From NCBI GenBank assembly GCA_963708135.1, contig OY970192.1, positions 928,001 through 992,000 of the forward strand: DNA of 64,000 nt, read 5' to 3'. Shown here piece after piece: positions 58,185 through 64,000 of this stretch. The position numbers were made by a program, and so were the translations under genes. The DNA comes from an uncultured Gemmatimonadales bacterium (lineage in GTDB: Bacteria > Gemmatimonadota > Gemmatimonadetes > Longimicrobiales > RSA9). The notes under the pieces are model-generated. The model made no database searches. It was given only the letters and a program-made list of their open reading frames with translations, and was not told where the DNA came from. Every line of letters starts with the position of its first letter. Position 1 is the first letter of the stretch.

Positions 58185-58213
58185 TTGACAGCACCTCCGC
58201 CTTCGCCTATCCT
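58185..58213 (+). promoter_or_regulatory. sigma70 promoter of the rplM operon
   Basis: TTGACA-N17-TATCCT. Confidence 0.75.
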
Positions 58214-58254
58214 TCAAAGCTGTTCCGCTTTGCGCGGCTATCACCGGGGTACGC

Positions 58255-58683
58255 ATGAAGACCTATACGCCGAAACCCGCCGAGATCGAGCGCCGCTGGT
58301 GGCTCGTCGACGCCAACGAGAAGGTGCTCGGCAGGCTGGCGAGCGAGATCGCCCAGATCCTGCGCGGGAAGCACAAGCCCATGTTCACGCCGCATCTCGA
58401 CACCGGCGACTACGTTGTCGTCGTGAACGCCGAGAAGGTGCGCCTCACGGGGCGCAAGGCGGAGCAGAAGACGTACTTCCGCCACACCGGTTACATGGGT
58501 CACGAGAAGCACATCCCGATCCGGCGCGTGCTCGAGGAGCACCCGGAGCGGGTCCTCGAGTCGGCGGTGAAGGGAATGCTGCCGAAGAACAATCTCGGCC
58601 GGCTGATGCGCAAGAAGCTAAAGATCTACGCGGGCCCGGAGCATCCGCACGAGGCCCAGCAGCCGGAAGTCCTGGAGCTCTGA
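58255..58683 (+). CDS. rplM: 50S ribosomal protein L13
   Basis: [35 protein letters not shown]. Confidence 0.98.
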   Translation: MKTYTPKPAEIERRWWLVDANEKVLGRLASEIAQILRGKHKPMFTPHLDTGDYVVVVNAEKVRLTGRKAEQKTYFRHTGYMGHEKHIPIRRVLEEHPERVLESAVKGMLPKNNLGRLMRKKLKIYAGPEHPHEAQQPEVLEL

Positions 58684-58684
58684 C

Positions 58685-59083
58685 ATGGCGGATACGGTCC
58701 AGCAGTACCACGGCCTCGGCCGTCGCAAGTCGAGTGTCGCGCGCGTGTGGCTGCGGCCCGGCGGCGGGTCGTTCAAGGTGAACGGGCGCCCGCTCGGGGA
58801 CTACTTCCCGCGGCTGTCGAACCAGCAGCACGTGCAGGAGCCGCTCTCGGCCACGCAGCAGCAGGGCCGCTTCGACATCAAGGTGAACGTCGATGGCGGC
58901 GGGCTGACGGGGCAGGCGGGGGCGGTGCGGCTCGCGCTGGCGCGCGCGCTGCTGAAGACGGACGGCGAGTTGCGCGGCGTGCTGCGCGAGAAGGGCATGC
59001 TGACGCGCGATGCCCGCGAGGTGGAGCGCAAGAAGCCGGGGCGTCCCGGAGCACGCAAGCGGTTCCAGTTCTCCAAGCGCTGA
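58685..59083 (+). CDS. rpsI: 30S ribosomal protein S9
   Basis: GRRKSSVARV, GGGLTGQAGA, LTRDAREVERKK, FQFSKR. Confidence 0.98.
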   Translation: MADTVQQYHGLGRRKSSVARVWLRPGGGSFKVNGRPLGDYFPRLSNQQHVQEPLSATQQQGRFDIKVNVDGGGLTGQAGAVRLALARALLKTDGELRGVLREKGMLTRDAREVERKKPGRPGARKRFQFSKR

Positions 59084-59182
59084 TCTGGCGCGGCGGAGCC
59101 TCCTCGTGGAGGGCGACGTCGCACCAGGCAGGCGTGCGTGCGCAGGCGTCGCGCACGCCGAGCCGGGCTCCGGTCCGGCAAA

Positions 59183-59268
59183 TCCGCACACCGTCGGGCG
59201 CCATGCTGGGGTCCCCCTGGAACCGGGGGCGGCGCGGCGAGCGAAGGCGGTGGAGGCGAAAACCCCAT
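59183..59268 (+). promoter_or_regulatory. rpsB leader (S2 autoregulatory RNA-like)
   Basis: CGCACACCG...GGGGT...CGGTGGAGGC...AACCCC pattern resembling rpsB leaders; no SD next to ATG. Confidence 0.6.
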
Positions 59269-59286
59269 ACGCGGTGAACGAGCCGA

Positions 59287-60189
59287 ATGGTTGAAACGCA
59301 GCTCAAGGAGCTACTCGAGGCGGGTGTCCATTTCGGGCACCAGCGCAGCCGGTGGAACCCCAAGATGCGGCGCTACATCTTCGCGCAGCGCAACGGGATC
59401 CACATCATCGACCTGAAGAAGACACTGGCCGCGCTGCAGATGGCCCAGCAGGTGGTGCGCGAGGTGACGCTGGAGGGGGAGCGCGTGCTGTACGTGTGCA
59501 CGAAGCGCCAGCTCCGGATGATCGTCGAGCAGGACGCGGCGCGCTGCGGCTCCTTCTACGTCACGGAGCGCTGGCTCGGTGGGATGCTGACCAACTTCTC
59601 GACGATCAAGAAGCAGATCCGGCGCCTGAAGGAGCTGGAGCGCGGGATCGAGGAGGGCTCCTACGAGTTCTACACCAAGAAGGAGCGTCTGCTGCTCGAG
59701 CGGGAGCGCGAGAAGCTGAACAAGTACCTGGCGGGTGTGAAGGACATGGCGCGACTGCCGGGAGCGCTGTTCGTGGTGGACGCCAAGAAGGAGCAGATCG
59801 CGGTCCGGGAAGCCAACAAGCTGGGCATCCCGGTGATCGCGATCGCGGATACGAACGCGGACCCGGATACGATCGACTATCCGATCCCGGGCAACGATGA
59901 CGCGATCCGCTCGGTGTCGGTGATCACGCGCGCGATCTCGGACTCGATCGAGCAGGCGCGGCGGGAGCTGCCGCCGGAGGCGAGGCGGCGGGCGGACGAG
60001 GTGGAGGCGGTCACCTACTCGACGGAGACGGGGACGACACAGGAGGCGGCGTCGGAGGACCGTCGGCCGCGCAAGCGGCCTCGCCGGAAGCGTCGGCCGC
60101 GCCCGGAGGTGATCGCCACGATCCGGACGGGTGAGGGAGAGGCCGAGGAGGCGCAGCCGAGCACGGAGGAGGCGGAGGCGGAGGCGTAG
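59287..60189 (+). CDS. rpsB: 30S ribosomal protein S2
   Basis: EAGVHFGH, WNPKM, RWLGGMLTNF, IPGNDDAIRS. Confidence 0.98.
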   Translation: MVETQLKELLEAGVHFGHQRSRWNPKMRRYIFAQRNGIHIIDLKKTLAALQMAQQVVREVTLEGERVLYVCTKRQLRMIVEQDAARCGSFYVTERWLGGMLTNFSTIKKQIRRLKELERGIEEGSYEFYTKKERLLLEREREKLNKYLAGVKDMARLPGALFVVDAKKEQIAVREANKLGIPVIAIADTNADPDTIDYPIPGNDDAIRSVSVITRAISDSIEQARRELPPEARRRADEVEAVTYSTETGTTQEAASEDRRPRKRPRRKRRPRPEVIATIRTGEGEAEEAQPSTEEAEAEA

Positions 60190-60223
60190 ACCTCCCGAGG
60201 ATGTGGTCACGCTCAGCGCCCCG

Positions 60224-60268
60224 AAAGCGCTGCAGCGCTGCAGCCCTGCAGCCCTGCAGCGCTTTTTT
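60224..60268 (+). terminator. Intrinsic terminator/attenuator between rpsB and tsf
   Basis: Stem AAAGCGCTGCAG/CTGCAGCGCTTT with a T6 run. Confidence 0.6.
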
Positions 60269-60307
60269 GCGGAGCGCGAGGCATCAACACGAGGGAGAAA
60301 AGGAACC

Positions 60308-60907
60308 ATGGCGATCAGTGCCGCAGAGGTGAAGGAGCTCCGCGAGCGGACCGGCGCGGGGATGATGGAGTGCAAGAAGGCGCTCGAGGAGGCGGACGGC
60401 AACATCGAGGGCGCCATAGACATCCTGCGCGCCAAGGGGGCGGCGAAGGCGGCCAAGCGGGCCGGGAAAGAGGCGCGCGAGGGGGCGGTGGGCAGCTATG
60501 TGCACATGGGCGGGAAGATCGGCGTGCTGGTGGAGGTGAACTGCGAGACGGATTTCGTGGCGCGCACGGAGACCTTCCAGCAGCTCGTGCACGACCTGGC
60601 CATGCACATCGCGGCGGCGAACCCGCTGGCGGTGTCGGCCGAGGGGATCCCGGCGGACATCGTGGAGCGGGAGCGCGCGGTGTTCCTCGAGCAGGTGAAG
60701 AACGAGGGCAAGCCGGAGCAGCTGTGGGCGAAGATCGCGGAGGGCAAGCTGAAGAAGTTCTACAAGGACAACGCGCTGCTGGACCAGGCCTTCGTGAAGG
60801 ATCCGAAGGGCGAGCTGACGATCGCGCAGCTGATCACGGAGGCTTCCGCCCGCACGGGGGAGAAGATCGAGGTCGCCCGGTTCGCGCGATTCGCGCTGGG
60901 CGAGTAG
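60308..60907 (+). CDS. tsf: Elongation factor Ts (short form, 199 aa)
   Basis: [34 protein letters not shown]. Confidence 0.97.
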   Translation: MAISAAEVKELRERTGAGMMECKKALEEADGNIEGAIDILRAKGAAKAAKRAGKEAREGAVGSYVHMGGKIGVLVEVNCETDFVARTETFQQLVHDLAMHIAAANPLAVSAEGIPADIVERERAVFLEQVKNEGKPEQLWAKIAEGKLKKFYKDNALLDQAFVKDPKGELTIAQLITEASARTGEKIEVARFARFALGE

Positions 60908-60935
60908 GGACCAGGTCTCGAACGCGGGAGCGACC

Positions 60936-61658
60936 GTGGCGGGCGACGCCGGACTCAAGTACAGCCGGGTGCTGCTGAAGCTGAGCGGCGAGGCGCTGGC
61001 GGGAGAGCAGGGCTTCGGGATCTCGCCGCCCGTAGTGCAGCGGCTGACGGACGAGATCAAGGCCGTACACGCGATGGGGGTCTCGCTGGGGCTGGTGATC
61101 GGCGGCGGCAACATCGTGCGCGGGACGCAGGCCAGCCAGGAGGGGATGGACCGCGTCAGCGCCGACTACATGGGCATGCTGGCCACGGTGATCAACGCGC
61201 TGGCGCTGCAGGACCTGCTCGAGCGGAAGTCGGTGGACACGCGCGTGATGAGCGCGATCCGCATGGAGGCGCTGGCGGAACCCTACATCCGGCGGCGGGC
61301 GCTCCGGCACCTGGACAAGGGCCGGGTGGTCATCTTCGCCGGCGGGACGGGCAATCCGTACTTCTCGACAGATACGGCGGCGGTGCTGCGCGGGGTCGAG
61401 ATGCACGCGGACGTGATCATGAAGGCGACAAAGGTCGAGGGCGTGTACACGGCGGATCCGGCCAGGGACCCCGCGGCGGAGTTCCTGCCGGAGATCTCCT
61501 TCATGGAGGTCATGACGCGCGAGCTCGGCGTGATGGACGCGGCGGCGATCTCGCTGTGCAAGGAGAACGGGCTGCCGATCATCGTGCTGAACATCCAGAC
61601 CCCCGGCGCGGTGGCCGCGGCGATCCGCGGAGAGCGGGTGGGGACGCTGGTCTCCTGA
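60936..61658 (+). CDS. pyrH: UMP kinase
   Basis: [40 protein letters not shown]. Confidence 0.97.
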   Translation: MAGDAGLKYSRVLLKLSGEALAGEQGFGISPPVVQRLTDEIKAVHAMGVSLGLVIGGGNIVRGTQASQEGMDRVSADYMGMLATVINALALQDLLERKSVDTRVMSAIRMEALAEPYIRRRALRHLDKGRVVIFAGGTGNPYFSTDTAAVLRGVEMHADVIMKATKVEGVYTADPARDPAAEFLPEISFMEVMTRELGVMDAAAISLCKENGLPIIVLNIQTPGAVAAAIRGERVGTLVS

Positions 61659-61712
61659 AGGCGCCCGGCGTATCTTCCGGCTCTCACGCGGAAGCTCAAT
61701 GGAGGAGGAACG

Positions 61713-62264
61713 ATGCCGTCGATCACGAGTGCGCGCGAGCACATGGAGCGTTCGCTTGATGCCATGCGGCGCGAGTTTTCTTCGGTGCGGACGGGGAAGG
61801 CCTCGCCGGCGCTGCTGGACACCGTGCGCGTCGATGCCTACGGCTCGAAGATGCCGCTCAACCAGGTCGCCACGGTGAGCGCGCCTGAGCCGCGCATGCT
61901 GCTCGTCCAGCCGTGGGACAAGACGCTCCTGCCGGTCGTGGAGAAAGCGATCATGACGGCGGAGCTCGGGCTCAACCCGTCGAACGACGGCAGCGTGGTG
62001 CGGGTCCCGATTCCCACGCTGACGGAGGAACGGCGCAAGGAGATGGTGCGCCTGCTCCACAAGCTCGCCGAGGAAGGCCGCGTGGCCGTGCGCCACGCCC
62101 GCCAGGAGGCCAACAAGGACATCAAGGCGCGGCAGAACGAGCACGAGATCAGCGAGGATGACGCGCGCCGCGAGATGGACGAGGTCCAGAAGCTGACGGA
62201 CGAGCACATCGCGAGGATCGATGACCTCCTGAAGTCGAAGGAAGAAGAGGTGATGGAGGTCTGA
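61713..62264 (+). CDS. frr: Ribosome recycling factor
   Basis: RTGKAS, YGSKMPLNQVA, QPWDK, LTEERRKE, KEEEVMEV. Confidence 0.97.
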   Translation: MPSITSAREHMERSLDAMRREFSSVRTGKASPALLDTVRVDAYGSKMPLNQVATVSAPEPRMLLVQPWDKTLLPVVEKAIMTAELGLNPSNDGSVVRVPIPTLTEERRKEMVRLLHKLAEEGRVAVRHARQEANKDIKARQNEHEISEDDARREMDEVQKLTDEHIARIDDLLKSKEEEVMEV

Positions 62265-62272
62265 CGGAGCGC

Positions 62273-63016
62273 ATGTCCTCCGAGCTGCTGGAGACGATCC
62301 GCGCCGGCCGCCGGATCCCGGTGCACGTCGCCGTCATCATGGACGGTAACGGGCGCTGGGCGCGCGGTCGCGGCCTGCCTCGCTTTCGTGGTCACGCGGC
62401 GGGGATGGCGTCCGTGCGCGAGGTCATCGAAGGCGCCATCCAGGCAGGGGTTCAGATCCTCACGCTCTTCGCCTTCTCCCAGGAGAACTGGAGCCGTCCG
62501 GCCGGCGAGGTGGCCGCGCTCATGAAGCTGCTGCAGCGCTACGTCACGCGCGAGCGGGACGAGCTGGTGGAGCAGGGGGTGCAGGTGCGCATCTTCGGCG
62601 AGCGCGAGCGGCTTTCTGCCGGTCCGCGGCGGGCCATCGAGGCGATCGAGCGCGCCACCGAGGCGGGCGAGACGCTCCGCCTGAACCTCATGATCAGCTA
62701 TGGCAGTCGCGCGGAGATCGCGCGCGCCGCGCGGCTCCTCGCCGAGCGCGTCCGCGCGGGCGAGCTGGATCCGGCCGATATCGATGAGGCGGCGTTCGGC
62801 GGTGCCCTCTACACGGCAGGCATCCCTGATCCCGATCTGGTCATCCGCACCTCCGGCGAGCTTCGCGTGAGCAACTTCATGCTCTGGCAGGTCGCGTACG
62901 CCGAGCTCTACATCACGCCGGTGCTCTGGCCCGACTTCACGCGTGAGCACCTCTTCGAGGCCATCCACGACTACCAGAAGCGGGAGCGGCGCTTCGGTCG
63001 CGTGACGACGGGCTGA
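62273..63016 (+). CDS. uppS: Isoprenyl transferase (undecaprenyl diphosphate synthase)
   Basis: HVAVIMDGNGRWA, FAFSQENWSRP, PDLVIRTSGELRVSNF, WPDF, RRFG. Confidence 0.97.
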   Translation: MSSELLETIRAGRRIPVHVAVIMDGNGRWARGRGLPRFRGHAAGMASVREVIEGAIQAGVQILTLFAFSQENWSRPAGEVAALMKLLQRYVTRERDELVEQGVQVRIFGERERLSAGPRRAIEAIERATEAGETLRLNLMISYGSRAEIARAARLLAERVRAGELDPADIDEAAFGGALYTAGIPDPDLVIRTSGELRVSNFMLWQVAYAELYITPVLWPDFTREHLFEAIHDYQKRERRFGRVTTG

Positions 63017-63020
63017 GACG

Positions 63021-63944
63021 ATGCCGCGGAGCGAGCTCGGCAAGCGTCTCCTCGTCGCGGCCATCGGCATCCCTCTCGCTGTAGCGGCCGTCTGGTTCGG
63101 CGGCCTCGCGCTCGGGGTCCTGCTCGCCGCTGTCGCCGGGGGGGCAGCGCTCGAGCTCTACCAGATGGCCGCGCTCAGGGGTGTACGGGCGTTCCGTCCC
63201 GCGGGCGTGGCGCTTGCGGCCGCCCTCGTCCTGATCGCCGCCGGACGCCCCTTCGAGCCGATGGCGACGCCCCTCTTCTGGTTCCTCTCCATGCTCTTCG
63301 TGCTCGGCCTGGCCGCCGCCGCCGTGTGGCTGCGTGGCGTCAACGGCCGTCCCCTCGAGGCCGTCGCCGTCACGGTGCTCGGCGGCCTCTTCACGGGCGG
63401 CACCCTGAGCTACGCCCTGTTCCTGCGCTACCTCGGCGGGCGGCTTCCAGTCGGCGGCGCGCCCGCGGCGCTCTACGCGCCCGGCTCCGCATTCGCGGGC
63501 ACGGCCCTCGTCTTCTTCCCCGTGCTGCTGACCTGGATCAACGACACCTGCGCCTACTTCGGCGGGCGCGCCTTCGGGCGCCGCAAGCTCATCCCGGCCG
63601 TCAGCCCCGGAAAGACCGTGGCGGGAGCCTGGGCCGGCCTCGCGGGGACGATCCTGGCCTCCCTGGGGTATGTCCTGCTGGTGTTCCGCGCCGAGCTCGG
63701 CCTGCCGCTCGGATGGGCCGCCGCTCTCGTGGGCGGCGCGCTGATCTCGCTGACCGCGCAGGTCGGCGACCTCGCGGAGTCGCTCCTCAAGCGGGAGGTG
63801 GGCGTGAAGGACTCGGGTCACCTGCTCCCCGGGCACGGCGGGCTGCTGGACCGCATGGATTCGCTCTTTTACACGATTCCCGTGGCGTACTGGTTCCTGG
63901 CCGTCGTGCTCCCGCTCGAGGGGGGCGCACGGCTGTGGCGGTAG
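63021..63944 (+). CDS. cdsA: Phosphatidate cytidylyltransferase
   Basis: DTCAYFGG, SPGKT, GDLAESLLKR, KDSG..LPGHGGLLDRMDS. Confidence 0.95.
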   Translation: MPRSELGKRLLVAAIGIPLAVAAVWFGGLALGVLLAAVAGGAALELYQMAALRGVRAFRPAGVALAAALVLIAAGRPFEPMATPLFWFLSMLFVLGLAAAAVWLRGVNGRPLEAVAVTVLGGLFTGGTLSYALFLRYLGGRLPVGGAPAALYAPGSAFAGTALVFFPVLLTWINDTCAYFGGRAFGRRKLIPAVSPGKTVAGAWAGLAGTILASLGYVLLVFRAELGLPLGWAAALVGGALISLTAQVGDLAESLLKREVGVKDSGHLLPGHGGLLDRMDSLFYTIPVAYWFLAVVLPLEGGARLWR

Positions 63945-64000
63945 GCGTCGCGCTGCTCGGCTCCACCGGCTCCATCGGCCGGAGCGCCCTCGCCGTGCTG
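63935..64000 (+). CDS. dxr: 1-deoxy-D-xylulose-5-phosphate reductoisomerase, 5' fragment
   Basis: GTG then VALLGSTGSIG; cdsA-dxr synteny; runs off the window. Confidence 0.85.
   Translation, partial: MAVGVALLGSTGSIGRSALAVL

Noticed and set aside
59084..59180. tRNA after rpsI
   Set aside because: No T-loop GTTCRA or cloverleaf

Overview
High-GC bacterial chromosomal window; the gene content and order suggest Gemmatimonadota or a relative (inference). 1-17 kb is the distal part of a Wzx/Wzy-Wza/Wzc surface-polysaccharide locus. It holds HisH/HisF-like amidination subunits, a flippase, two GT4s, a GT-C-like membrane protein, Wzy, a sulfotransferase-like protein, fnlABC, an initiating transferase, Wza and Wzc. 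17-31 kb contains dnaX, an insert with an antisense Zn-ribbon mini-gene, an internally deleted IS3 and a hexamer repeat, then ybaB-recR-orf-mglB-mglA-pgsA-cinA-lipase, SRP RNA, yraN, grpE-dnaJ, mnmA, iscS and a HIRAN gene. 31.4-31.8 kb is an ORF-free stretch with phased repeats, a sigma54-like promoter and a structured RNA candidate. 32-56 kb contains bshB1, a MacAB-TolC system, a creatininase-like gene, a very large NtrY-like kinase, degP, a PLP decarboxylase, comM, lspA, larE with a stand-alone LarE C-terminal-domain copy, thpR, an NtrX-like regulator and an aldehyde dehydrogenase. 56-64 kb contains lepB, a short sigma70 and rplM-rpsI-rpsB-tsf-pyrH-frr-uppS-cdsA-dxr (partial). The best novelty candidates are the putative sigma54-driven sRNA, recurring sigma54-like and ECF-like promoter motifs ahead of stress/envelope genes, an SRP RNA with a non-GNRA apical loop, the LarE-CTD partner and the amidinated/sulfated capsule locus. 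All calls come from reading motifs by eye; no database searches were run.
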